Origin: an uncultured bacterium
GTDB lineage: Bacteria > Elusimicrobiota > Elusimicrobia > Elusimicrobiales > Elusimicrobiaceae
Length of the DNA: 64,000 nucleotides
Reading direction: 5' to 3'
NCBI GenBank assembly: GCA_949294085.1
Contig: CASFFX010000006.1
Span: 40,256-104,255, forward strand
Below the pieces are notes generated by a model, which was given only the letters and a program-made list of their open reading frames with translations, did no database searches and had not been told where the DNA came from. The stretch's first letter is position 1, and each line of letters starts with the position of its first letter. Positions 1 to 8,951 of the stretch are shown one piece after another. The position numbers were made by a program, and so were the translations under genes.

Positions 1-179
1 AAGAAATTGAACTTTTTGGCAAAAGCCACGCCGAAGAAATGGGAAAAGAGTTTCACATTTCGCCGGTGATGCGTGTGCCACTGAACCCGGCCGTGGCCCG
101 TGCGGCCGACGAGGGACGCATCGCCTTCGTGCGCGAAGAAGCCGTCGCCCCGCTGGCGGACAAATTGGCCGCTATGTAA
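1..179 (+). CDS. Partial CDS (3' end), Mrp/NBP35 (ApbC) family Fe-S carrier ATPase
   Basis: Frame from nt 3 reads EIELFGKSHAEEMGKEFHISPVMRVPLNPAVARAADEG...LAAM*, resembling the Mrp C-terminal FGxGG...IPLDP...DxG pattern; TAA at 177-179. Confidence 0.6.
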   Translation, partial: EIELFGKSHAEEMGKEFHISPVMRVPLNPAVARAADEGRIAFVREEAVAPLADKLAAM

Positions 180-299
180 AAAAGGCCCTTCCAGGCCGGC
201 AGCGCGTTTGTGGGGCCGCGAAGGGAACCGTAAAAACGGGACTTTTTATTTGCCCCGTTGGGCTTCATTAAATGTTAGAATATGCGCAGAGGAAAAAAT

Positions 300-1508
300 A
301 TGTCCATTTCTTTAAGTAAACTGGCAGGAACTATCGGCGATTCGCCAACCTTAAAAATCAATGCCAAGGCGCGCGCGCTCAAAGCGGCGGGGGAACCCGT
401 CATTCATTTGGGCGGGGGGGAACCCACCTATCCCGCGCCGCAGGCCGCGGTGGACGCGATTATCCAAAAAGCCAAAAGCCGCAAAATTAAATACACGCCT
501 TCGTCCGGTACGCCGGAATTGAAAGCCGCCGTGCTGGATTACACGCAGCAGCATTATGGCCGCCGCTACGAGCCGGCCCACGTGATTATTTCCGCCGGGG
601 CCAAGCAGGCGCTGTTCAACTTTTTGCTGGCCGCGGTGGACCCGGGGGACGAAGTGGTATTCCCGGCGCCGTATTGGGTCAGCTATCCCGAAATGGTGCG
701 TATGGCGGGGGGAAAGCCCGTCATCGTGCGGGGCCGCCAAGGGCTGCAGGTGCAGGCCGAAGAATTGCTGCGCGCCGTAACCCCCAAAACCAAAGTTATT
801 TTGCTTAACAGCCCGTGCAATCCGTCCGGCCGGATTTACGGAGAAGATTTTATTAAAACGATGGTGGAATTTGCCGAACGGGAAAACATTTTCCTGGTGA
901 TGGACGACATTTACCACCAATTGGTGTTTGACGGCAAAAAAACACCCAACCCCTGCGCCTATGCCCAAGAAGCCAAAAACCTGGTGATTATTAACGGGGT
1001 GTCCAAATTGTATGGACTGACGGGGCTGCGCATTGGATGGGCCGTCTGCGCCAATAAAGAACTGATTGCCGCCATGGGCCGCATGCAGGCGCAAAGCACG
1101 TCGTGCAACTGCGACTTGTCCGAAGCGGCCGCCGCCGCGGCCCTGAAAGGGGACCAAAGCTGCGTGCAGGATTTGTGCCGTGTCTTGCAGGAAAACCGCG
1201 ATGTACTGCTGCAGGAAGCGGCCAAAATTCCGTACGTAAAGGTGGAAAAGCCGGAAGGTACGTTCTATTCGTTTATGGATTTTAGCCACTATAATACCGA
1301 TTCCAATGCGCTAGCGCAGTATTTGTTGGAAAAGGCCTTGGTGGCCCTGGTGCCCGGTGTGTCCTTTGGGGCGGAAGGGTACTTGCGCATCAGCTATTGT
1401 GCGGATCAGGCTTCCATTGTGGAAGGGCTGCGCCGTATTCGCTGGGCGCTTGATAAAAACGCTCCGAAAGAGATGAAAATCGGGGATAAATTACTTACGA
1501 GGGATTAA
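300..1508 (+). CDS. aspC: PLP-dependent class I/II aminotransferase (aspartate aminotransferase)
   Basis: GGGEP, KYTPSSG, NSPCNPSG, DDIY and PLP-lysine motif GVSKLYGLTGLRIG; ATG at 300 after GAGGA RBS (ORF track starts at 282). Confidence 0.88.
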   Translation: MSISLSKLAGTIGDSPTLKINAKARALKAAGEPVIHLGGGEPTYPAPQAAVDAIIQKAKSRKIKYTPSSGTPELKAAVLDYTQQHYGRRYEPAHVIISAGAKQALFNFLLAAVDPGDEVVFPAPYWVSYPEMVRMAGGKPVIVRGRQGLQVQAEELLRAVTPKTKVILLNSPCNPSGRIYGEDFIKTMVEFAERENIFLVMDDIYHQLVFDGKKTPNPCAYAQEAKNLVIINGVSKLYGLTGLRIGWAVCANKELIAAMGRMQAQSTSCNCDLSEAAAAAALKGDQSCVQDLCRVLQENRDVLLQEAAKIPYVKVEKPEGTFYSFMDFSHYNTDSNALAQYLLEKALVALVPGVSFGAEGYLRISYCADQASIVEGLRRIRWALDKNAPKEMKIGDKLLTRD

Positions 1509-1509
1509 C

Positions 1510-3126
1510 ATGAAAACACTCAATGCAAAACCGGATTTTTTTAAGCCGGATTACGGACTTGAACACGCCGGAATCAGCACCGGCAAGACCGTTTACTGGA
1601 ACTATTCCACTCCGGCCCTGTACCAGGAATCGCTCGCCCGCGAAGAGTCCAACGTCGTGTACGGCGGCCCCCTGTGCGTGAGCACCGGCAAACACACCGG
1701 CCGCAGCCCCAACGACCGCTATTTCGTGGAAACGAAAGACATTGAAGGCAAGCTTTTCTACAACAAAAGCAACAAAGGCATTAAGCCCGAATACTTTGAC
1801 AAAATTTTTGCCAAAGTGCAAGAATACGTAAAAGACAAAGACCTCTTTGTGCGCGATGCCTATGTGGGCTCCAGCGAAGCTTCCCGCCTCAAAGTGCGCG
1901 CCATTACCGAGTGCGCCTGGACCAACCTGTTTGTGAAAAATATGTTCATTGAACCCAAACAGGAAGAACTCAAATCGTTCGTGCCGGAATTTACCTTAAT
2001 CTGCCTGCCGCGCATGAAAGTGGATCCCGCCACCGACGGCACGTTAAGCGAAACCGCCATTTTGATTAACTTTGAGAAAAAGATGATCCTCGTTATCGGT
2101 TCCGAATACGGCGGCGAAAACAAAAAAGCCCTCTTTACGGTTATGAACTTCCTCCTGCCGCAAAAAGGCATTATGACCATGCACTGCTCCGCCAACGTGG
2201 GCGACAAGCAGGACAGCGCCATCTTCTTCGGTTTGTCCGGTACGGGCAAAACCACCCTGTCGGCCGACATTACCCGCGGCCTCATCGGCGACGATGAACA
2301 CGGCTGGGACGAAGACGGCGTATTCAACTTTGAAGGCGGCTGCTATGCCAAGGTGATTAAACTGAGCCAAGAAGCCGAACCGCAAATCTATTCCACCACG
2401 CACCGCTTCGGCACCGTGTTGGAAAATGTCGTGTTTGACCCGCAAACCGGCAAGCTGGATTTGGACGACGATTCTTTGACCGAAAACACCCGCGCCTGCT
2501 ACCCGCTGAACTTTATTGAAAACGCGGTGGAATCCAAACGCGCCACGCACCCCAAGAACATCATCTTCTTAACGTGCGACGCTTTTGGTGTCATGCCGCC
2601 TATCTCTAAATTGACGCCCGACCAGGCCTTGTACCACTTCATCAGCGGCTACACCGCCAAAGTGGCCGGTACGGAAAAAGGCGTAAAAGAACCCACCAGC
2701 ACCTTCTCTACCTGCTTTGGCGGGCCGTTTATGCCTTTGCACCCGTCCGTGTATGCGGAACTCTTGAAAAAGAAAATTAAAGCCCACAACGTGGACTGCT
2801 GGCTGGTAAACACCGGCTGGATTGGCGGTCCCTACGGCGTAGGCCACCGCATCAGCATCAAATACACCCGCGCGCTGCTCAACGCGGCCCTGGACGGAAA
2901 ACTGGCCAAAGTGCACTTTATCACGGACCCGGTTTTCGGTTTCCAGATTCCGACGGAATGCGAAGGCGTGCCTTCCGAAATTTTGAACCCGATGAACGCG
3001 TGGGAAAACAAGGAAGAATATATGGTAAAATATGAGTCCTTGGCCAAATCGTTCATTGAGAACTTCAAAAAGTACGAAGACGGTTGTTCCAAGGAAGTGC
3101 TGGCGGCTGCGCCGAAAGTGAAATAG
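1510..3126 (+). CDS. pckA: Phosphoenolpyruvate carboxykinase (ATP)
   Basis: TGRSPNDR, MHCSAN, P-loop GLSGTGKTT, LIGDDEHGW, NFEGGCYAK, ENTRACYP. Confidence 0.97.
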   Translation: MKTLNAKPDFFKPDYGLEHAGISTGKTVYWNYSTPALYQESLAREESNVVYGGPLCVSTGKHTGRSPNDRYFVETKDIEGKLFYNKSNKGIKPEYFDKIFAKVQEYVKDKDLFVRDAYVGSSEASRLKVRAITECAWTNLFVKNMFIEPKQEELKSFVPEFTLICLPRMKVDPATDGTLSETAILINFEKKMILVIGSEYGGENKKALFTVMNFLLPQKGIMTMHCSANVGDKQDSAIFFGLSGTGKTTLSADITRGLIGDDEHGWDEDGVFNFEGGCYAKVIKLSQEAEPQIYSTTHRFGTVLENVVFDPQTGKLDLDDDSLTENTRACYPLNFIENAVESKRATHPKNIIFLTCDAFGVMPPISKLTPDQALYHFISGYTAKVAGTEKGVKEPTSTFSTCFGGPFMPLHPSVYAELLKKKIKAHNVDCWLVNTGWIGGPYGVGHRISIKYTRALLNAALDGKLAKVHFITDPVFGFQIPTECEGVPSEILNPMNAWENKEEYMVKYESLAKSFIENFKKYEDGCSKEVLAAAPKVK

Positions 3127-3249
3127 GGCAGGCACCGGTAAAATTTAAGAACGGAGCCCCGCGTAAGAAACTCTTATCAACGGGCTCCAAATATAATAAA
3201 ATCTAAGAAACGATATCTTTCGTATCAGTACAACAGGAGAATTAGTAAT

Positions 3250-3507
3250 ATGGCAAAAGCAAATGCAAAATTTATGGCCCCTTTGACCCCCAGCGCCGAA
3301 TTGGCTGTGATCGTTGGTTCTGCGGCTCTTCCGCGCACCGAAGTCGTTAAAAAGATGTGGGACTACATCAAGAAGAACGGCTTGCAGGACGCCAAAAACA
3401 AACGCATGATCAACGCCGATGAAAAATTGGCGGCCATCTTTGAAGGCAAAAAACAGATCAGCATGTTTGATATGAGCAAATATCTTTCCAAACACTTGTC
3501 CAAATAA
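3250..3507 (+). CDS. Stand-alone SWIB/MDM2-domain protein
   Basis: PSAELAVIVG..LPRTEVVKKMWDYIKKNGLQDAKNKRMINADEKL...ISMFDM is the canonical SWIB pattern; AGGAG RBS upstream. Confidence 0.9.
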   Translation: MAKANAKFMAPLTPSAELAVIVGSAALPRTEVVKKMWDYIKKNGLQDAKNKRMINADEKLAAIFEGKKQISMFDMSKYLSKHLSK

Positions 3508-3526
3508 GGTTTGCTGAAAGTTTTGT

Positions 3527-3557
3527 AAAACCCCGCTCTTGGAGCGGGGTTTTTTTT
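3527..3557 (+). terminator. Rho-independent terminator after the SWIB gene
   Basis: AAAACCCCGCTC-TTG-GAGCGGGGTTTT followed by a T run. Confidence 0.85.
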
Positions 3558-3660
3558 GGAAGTTTACCCGCGGTGCGGCTGGGCACTGCAAGAAAGCCTG
3601 GACCCTCGGTTTGGACACGGGAATCTACCGCAGCCTTGCACAAACTGCTACAATAAAAGT

Positions 3661-4275
3661 ATGAGCCAAACCACGTATCCCAATGACGGCCTGCGCCAAC
3701 TGATAGAAGGCTACCGTCATTTTTTTAAGGGCAATCCGCCCCGCAAAGGGTTTTGTGCCCTGCATGCGGAACAAATTGCGCATACGCAAAACCCGCACTC
3801 TATGGTCATCAGCTGTTTTGACAGCCGCGTCTGCCCGGAGGCGATTTTCGCCACGAACGACGGGCATATCTGCGTGCACCGCAATATGCTCAACCAGGTG
3901 GACCCGAAAGACGCTTCCATGATGGCTTCCCTGCGCTTTGCGGCCGAAAGTTTGAAAGTGCAAAACATTGTGGTATTGGGGCACAGCAACTGCAATGCGG
4001 TGGCCAAACTGAAAGATTTGGCGTGCCTGCCGGCCGAAATAGCGGGTTGGCTGGGCGGCGCCGGGGCCCGCTACGAAGGGGATAGTTACGAGCAGGCAAT
4101 CAAAAACAACGTGTTGGCTCAGCTGTCGCGCCTGCGGGAGATTGATTTTGTGGCCCGCCAGGTGCAGGAACGCAACTTGCATTTGGAAGGGATGTTGTTT
4201 CATATTCATTCCGGGCGGTTGGAACGGTTTGACGACGTCCAGCAACGCTGGAATTTTGTGAATACGGAGGAGTAA
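3661..4275 (+). CDS. Beta-class carbonic anhydrase
   Basis: Zn-ligand motifs CFDSR (CxDxR) and GHSNC (HxxC); probable start is ATG 3661 rather than GTG 3556. Confidence 0.88.
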   Translation: MSQTTYPNDGLRQLIEGYRHFFKGNPPRKGFCALHAEQIAHTQNPHSMVISCFDSRVCPEAIFATNDGHICVHRNMLNQVDPKDASMMASLRFAAESLKVQNIVVLGHSNCNAVAKLKDLACLPAEIAGWLGGAGARYEGDSYEQAIKNNVLAQLSRLREIDFVARQVQERNLHLEGMLFHIHSGRLERFDDVQQRWNFVNTEE

Positions 4276-5690
4276 TGCCGGCTGATTTGAAACGGATGTA
4301 TGAAGGAATTTTGGCGGCGTGCGGCGGGGTGGACAATATTGCCACGCTGGGTTGCTGCATGACGCGCCTGCGTTTTACCGTCAAGGACGAAGCGCTCGTT
4401 CACCCGGACGCTTTGCGCCAGGTAAAAGATGTGGCGGGATATTTTTATTCCGGCTCTCAGCATCAGCTGATTGTGGGGCCTTCCACCGCCGGAAAATTGG
4501 CGGCGTATTTTAACGAACGCCATGCGTTTGCCCCCCTTAGCGCTACGGGCGCGGAACCGTTTATCGTACCCGCACCGGAGCAAAAGCCGACGGAACCCGC
4601 CGTGGGCGACGTGAAAGAAAACAAGACCGCCGTGCGCAAAAAGTATTCCAGCCGCTTAAGCCGGGCTTGTGCCGTCATCGGCAATATTTTTCTGCCGCTG
4701 ATTCCGGCCTATATCGGCTGCGGGCTTTTGCTGGGAATTAACAATATTTTGTCCAAAACGCTCCTGGCCGGGGACCCCAATACCACGGCGCTGTTGGGCG
4801 TGTTTGGTAATGGGATTTTTTTCTACTTAAGCGCTATTGTGGGCTACAATGCCAATAAAGAATTTGGCGGTACGCCGGCGCTGGGAGCGGCCTTTGCGGG
4901 CATTTTGAATATGCCGGCGTTGGCCAACGTAACGCTGTTCGGCGCGCCGTTGGTGCCGGGAAAAGGCGGCGTAATTGCGGTACTGCTGGTGTGCTGGGCA
5001 GGCAGCTGGCTGGAAAAACGCCTGCGTGCGCACATCAAAGGCAGCGCGGAAATGTTCCTTACGCCTACGCTGACGATTTTGGTGGTGGGGTTGGTGTCTT
5101 TGGCGCTGATTCAGCCGCTGGCGGGGTGGCTGTCGGACGTATTGGCCGTGCTGACGCAAAACGCCTTAAAACACGGCGGGTTGCTGGCGGGTGCCTTGCT
5201 GGGCGGCACGTTCCTGCCGCTGGTGATGATGGGAATTCACCAAAGCTTGGTGCCCATCCACCAACAGCTGGTGGACGCGCTGGGCGCCAATCCGCTGTTC
5301 CCCATTTTGTGCATGGCCGGGGCCGGACAGGTGGGGGCCAGCTTGGCCGTATTGTTCAAAACCCGCAACGAAAAACTTAAAACGATTGTCAAAAATGCGC
5401 TGCCTGTGGGGTTGCTGGGTATTGGCGAACCGCTGATTTACGGCGTAACGCTGCCTTTATTCAAACCGTTTATCGGGGCGTGCTTGGGGGCGGCCGTGGG
5501 CGGAGCCGTAGTGGCGGCCTTCCACGTAACGTCCGCGATTCCGTTTGGCGTGTCGGGCGTGGTGTTGTTTTTGGCCTTGTCCAATTTGCACAGCGTCATT
5601 TTTTACGGGGTGGGATTCCTGGCGGCCATGGCGGCCGGGTTTGCGTTTACCTGGCAGCTGGGGTTTGACGACCCGCAGGACAACGCCTAA
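4275..5690 (+). CDS. PTS EIIBC component, sucrose/MurNAc (MurP-like) family
   Basis: EIIB phospho-Cys motif GCCMTRLRF, Q..VGP, hydrophobic EIIC with GIGEPLIYGV; 1-nt overlap with the CA stop (TAATG). Confidence 0.88.
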   Translation: MPADLKRMYEGILAACGGVDNIATLGCCMTRLRFTVKDEALVHPDALRQVKDVAGYFYSGSQHQLIVGPSTAGKLAAYFNERHAFAPLSATGAEPFIVPAPEQKPTEPAVGDVKENKTAVRKKYSSRLSRACAVIGNIFLPLIPAYIGCGLLLGINNILSKTLLAGDPNTTALLGVFGNGIFFYLSAIVGYNANKEFGGTPALGAAFAGILNMPALANVTLFGAPLVPGKGGVIAVLLVCWAGSWLEKRLRAHIKGSAEMFLTPTLTILVVGLVSLALIQPLAGWLSDVLAVLTQNALKHGGLLAGALLGGTFLPLVMMGIHQSLVPIHQQLVDALGANPLFPILCMAGAGQVGASLAVLFKTRNEKLKTIVKNALPVGLLGIGEPLIYGVTLPLFKPFIGACLGAAVGGAVVAAFHVTSAIPFGVSGVVLFLALSNLHSVIFYGVGFLAAMAAGFAFTWQLGFDDPQDNA

Positions 5691-5705
5691 CCTCCGCACC
5701 GTTCT

Positions 5706-5735
5706 AAAAAACCCCGCTTGCTGGCGGGGTTTTTT
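5706..5735. terminator. Bidirectional terminator between the convergent PTS and radical SAM genes
   Basis: AAAAAACCCCGC-TTGCTG-GCGGGGTTTTTT. Confidence 0.85.
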
Positions 5736-5744
5736 GTGGGCGAA

Positions 5745-6560
5745 TTAGCCTTTCTTTTGGGAAGAACCGAAATAAAGGTCGGCGGGGATGTTTCTTCCTT
5801 GGCAGTAGGCGGAAATTTCCGCCCGCAGGCGGTCCCAAAACTCCGTTTTCCCTTCCAAAAAAATTTCTTGATACAGCGGCAAAAGCGAAGCGTAATGCTG
5901 GGCGATAAAATTCATAATTTTGCGCTGATAGGCCGGGCGCATATTCAAGCTGTCAAAACTGTAGCGGTCGGTGTAAGAACGGGTAAGTTCCATAATGGCT
6001 TTCCAATCGCTGATTCCCGGAAACAGCGGGGCCAGCATGACGGCGGTTTTGAGGCCGGCCTGGTGCAGGGTTTGCAAGGCGTGCACTTTTTCTTGCACGG
6101 CGGGGGCGCAGGGCTCGGCTAGCTGGCGGAACGCGTCATCCGCCGACGAGAAGGAAAAGGCCACCTCGCAGTCGGGAAATTGCCGCAGCAGGTCCATATC
6201 CCGCAGTACCAAGGGAGATTTGGTCAGAATATGCACGCGCGCCTGGCAGAAAAGCAGCTGTTTAAGCAGTTTGCGGGTGAGTTCGTACTGTTTTTCATAC
6301 GGATTGTACGGGTCGGTTACCGAGCTGAGCATGACGCGGGTGCGGAATAATTGGGCGGGGCGGAGGGGAACTTCACAGGTTTTTACGTCTAAAAAATCAC
6401 CCCATGCTTCGGCGTGGCAGGTGAATTTGCGCATGTATTCGGCGTAGCAATACACGCATTTGTGCGGGCAGCCAATGTAGGGGTTGATGACGTAATCAAA
6501 TCCCGGAATTTTGGATTTGGAAAGGTAGGTTTTGACGGGTGCAGTAGCGACGGTGATCAT
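5745..6560 (-). CDS. Radical SAM protein, SplB/spore-photoproduct-lyase-like family
   Basis: INPYIGCPHKCVYCYA (CxxxCxxC), SSVTDPY, ILTKS; ATG 6560 after GGAG (ORF track extends to 6602). Confidence 0.85.
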   Translation of the reverse strand: MITVATAPVKTYLSKSKIPGFDYVINPYIGCPHKCVYCYAEYMRKFTCHAEAWGDFLDVKTCEVPLRPAQLFRTRVMLSSVTDPYNPYEKQYELTRKLLKQLLFCQARVHILTKSPLVLRDMDLLRQFPDCEVAFSFSSADDAFRQLAEPCAPAVQEKVHALQTLHQAGLKTAVMLAPLFPGISDWKAIMELTRSYTDRYSFDSLNMRPAYQRKIMNFIAQHYASLLPLYQEIFLEGKTEFWDRLRAEISAYCQGRNIPADLYFGSSQKKG

Positions 6561-6625
6561 AAGCGGTGTCTCCCTAGCGAAATTTATGTATATAGTGTAC
6601 AATATCTAAAAAGGAGAGCAAAAGT

Positions 6626-7048
6626 ATGTCGTCGCAAGGGGCTGGCCTGCTGGAGCGCGTGAAACATTTTTTTGATTTGGAAGCCCGCCGCCGCGAAAAA
6701 TACCAACGCTGGGACCGCTTGGCGGAAAACGGGGACGAAGAAGCACGCTACCGGCTGTTAATGCTGTACCGGGAAGAAGGCGAAGAATTTTGGCCGTTGG
6801 CTTTTAAGTGGACGGTGGCGGTGGCCAATGTGGGCGAGGACTGCGGTGTAACGCTGCAGGCGGCCGAAATGTACGCCGCCGGGCACGGATGCCCCCAAAA
6901 CGAAGAAAAGGCTCTCTTGTGGTTTGAACGCACCCTCAGCCTGCATATTATGCAGGGGCCCCACTCTCCCCTGACGCTGGACGCCGCCAATTACGTCCAG
7001 GAACAAATCCAGGAACTGCGCCGCAAACTGGGCCGGGATAACGCCTGA
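6626..7048 (+). CDS. Sel1-like repeat protein
   Basis: AENGDEEARYRL and AAEMYAAGHGCPQNEEKALLWF Sel1 patterns; AGGAG RBS upstream. Confidence 0.75.
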   Translation: MSSQGAGLLERVKHFFDLEARRREKYQRWDRLAENGDEEARYRLLMLYREEGEEFWPLAFKWTVAVANVGEDCGVTLQAAEMYAAGHGCPQNEEKALLWFERTLSLHIMQGPHSPLTLDAANYVQEQIQELRRKLGRDNA

Positions 7049-7171
7049 TTGGTTCCGTCCGCTTCTACTAACCCTTTTCTCTTCATGACGAACTGCGCCG
7101 CTTAAGGTACAATACCCTAAATTCTTTTGAGGCCGCAAGGTGCGGCCATATCTGCATACAAGGAGGCAGCC

Positions 7172-7960
7172 ATGGAACAAAAATGTGAAGTGCGGTCCGT
7201 TTGGTGGGAGCTCTCTTCCGGCGGGCCGTGTGTGCTGTCCAAGCGGTTGATAGACCGTCATAACGAAGCTTCGTTTGACCCCTTTTCTTATCTGACGGTT
7301 TGTTATTGCAGCCCGGAGTTTGACCGCTCCGACATCATCCCGCCGCATATTCGGCAGGACCGGGAAACCCTCAACTATTTAGTAACGGGTCTGGTGGACC
7401 CGCCCGATTTGCAGGACGAACAGGCCGACGGGCGCGGGGTAAGCCGCTGGATTAATACCGTGGGCGGGCTGAAACAGGCCTCCCCCAGCCAAAGCGTGTA
7501 CGTGCTGAATATGGAGTTGTGGATGAAGGTGGCCCCCGGGGCGGACGGCGGCGGAAAACGCTGGGAATTTGAAAGCGAATTTGTGCCGCTGGTGCGCACG
7601 TCGGGCGCGCAGGTGCGCGTGCTGTGCGGGCGTTACCAGCACCGCGAGGGGCAAATGGCCCAGCATCCGCTGGGCACGGTGTTGTTGGACGTTACTTTGT
7701 GCCCGGGCGGCGCGTTTGAATATACGTTCCCGTTGGAAAACACAAACTTGCTGTATGTGTTTGGCGGGAAAGTGTTTTTCGGCCCGGAGGCCGAAGAAAA
7801 CTACGGCAAAGATTCCTTGCTACGGGTGTGCGGGGGCAAGCTGTTTGCTTCTTCGTTTGAAACGGGCGGCCGGTTTTTGCTGTTTTCGGCGCGGGCGGTA
7901 TCCGGGCAGTTCCCGGCGGTATGCCCGGCCGGTGCGCTGGTGTGCAAAATTGCCAAATAA
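7172..7960 (+). CDS. Pirin-like bicupin protein with degenerate metal site
   Basis: FDPFSYL..PPHIRQDRETLNYLVTG, LWM and C-terminal GRFLLFSARA match the pirin layout; AGGAGG RBS before ATG 7172. Confidence 0.65.
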   Translation: MEQKCEVRSVWWELSSGGPCVLSKRLIDRHNEASFDPFSYLTVCYCSPEFDRSDIIPPHIRQDRETLNYLVTGLVDPPDLQDEQADGRGVSRWINTVGGLKQASPSQSVYVLNMELWMKVAPGADGGGKRWEFESEFVPLVRTSGAQVRVLCGRYQHREGQMAQHPLGTVLLDVTLCPGGAFEYTFPLENTNLLYVFGGKVFFGPEAEENYGKDSLLRVCGGKLFASSFETGGRFLLFSARAVSGQFPAVCPAGALVCKIAK

Positions 7961-8035
7961 CTGCGCCGGCAGACTTGAATTTTAACGCAAAGACTCGTAA
8001 ATTAACTATAACCCAACGCAGGAAAAGGAGCATCT

Positions 8036-8785
8036 ATGCGAAAATTGACCTTAGGGGCGGTGCTGGTGCTGTGTGCATGGCCGCTTTCGGCGCAAATCCA
8101 GCGGACGTATCATTATGGGGTTGTGCCGACGGAAAACATTACCACCTTTGAAGTGAACCCGTCGTTTAATGTTTTGGACGACAGCGGCGGTATTTCCAAC
8201 AACCAAGTTACGTTCAAAACCTACCGCGTGATTAACGAGCGTTTTAACTGGGGGGTGGAAGTGCCGTTGTCCCGCTACGAATCTCCCACCAAATCCGTAA
8301 ACGGTTTGGGCGATATTTTGGCCAACGTTACCTGGACGCTCCCTGCCGAAAAGTTATTTGGCTTCGGCGCCAAAATGGAATTTTTCCTGCCGACGGCCAC
8401 CGATGATTTGCTGGGAACGGGCAAATTGCAGGCCAGTCCTTCGGCCTTTGTGCTGCTAGCGTTCCCCGGCGGTTTTTACGGAGCGGTGGGATACAAGCAT
8501 TACGTGTCCGTGCTAGGCGAGAGCGACCGGGCGGACATCAATATGGGCCGCCTGCGCGCCAATATTGGCTACACGTCGCCCAATCAATGGTGGGTGCTGA
8601 CGAACTTGTATTATTATATGGATTACGAGCACCGGGGTATGGCGGAGTTTATTCCGGAGCTGGAAGTGGGTACCTTGGTAAACGACGGAACGGCTTTTTA
8701 TGCCAACGCCAGCACGCATGCCGCCGGAAATTGGAAAACGAAAGATTGGAGTTTTGGGGTTGGATTCAAACTGCTTTATTTGTAA
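8036..8785 (+). CDS. Outer-membrane beta-barrel (transporter, phenol-MetA/SphA-like)
   Basis: Signal peptide, GLGDI...EFFLPTAT..LGTGK motif, amphipathic strands, aromatic C-terminus GFKLLYL. Confidence 0.6.
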   Translation: MRKLTLGAVLVLCAWPLSAQIQRTYHYGVVPTENITTFEVNPSFNVLDDSGGISNNQVTFKTYRVINERFNWGVEVPLSRYESPTKSVNGLGDILANVTWTLPAEKLFGFGAKMEFFLPTATDDLLGTGKLQASPSAFVLLAFPGGFYGAVGYKHYVSVLGESDRADINMGRLRANIGYTSPNQWWVLTNLYYYMDYEHRGMAEFIPELEVGTLVNDGTAFYANASTHAAGNWKTKDWSFGVGFKLLYL

Positions 8786-8798
8786 GGAAGAACAAAAC

Positions 8799-8828
8799 AT
8801 CCCCGGTCTTAAACGACCGGGGATTTTT
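8799..8828. terminator. Terminator between the convergent OMP gene and tRNA
   Basis: ATCCCCGGTC-TTAAAC-GACCGGGGAT followed by TTTT; A run on the other side. Confidence 0.85.
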
Positions 8829-8833
8829 GTAAA

Positions 8834-8908
8834 TGGTGCGCTCGGCGGGAGTCGAACCCACATTTCCAGCTTCGGAGGCTGACGCTCTATCCATTGAACT
8901 ACGAGCGC
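8834..8908 (-). tRNA. tRNA-Arg (anticodon CCG)
   Basis: Minus strand GCGCTCGTAGTTCAATGGATAGAGCGTCAGCCTCCGAAGCTGGAAATGTGGGTTCGACTCCCGCCGAGCGCACCA: 7-bp acceptor stem, CT-CCG-AA loop, GTTCGA T-loop, encoded CCA. Confidence 0.95.
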
Positions 8909-8951
8909 GCAAAAGGGCTTCTTTTATTTTATCAAAATTCGGCGCGTTCGA

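Noticed and set aside
6561-6625. LexA/SOS-like box (TGTA-N7-TACA) in the divergent promoter of the SplB-like radical SAM gene
   Set aside because: A 4-bp half-site in AT-rich DNA is expected by chance and matches no known SOS box exactly
5745-8908. Possible integrated islet at the 3' end of tRNA-Arg
   Set aside because: No integrase, no duplicated tRNA 3' end spotted and no obvious compositional break
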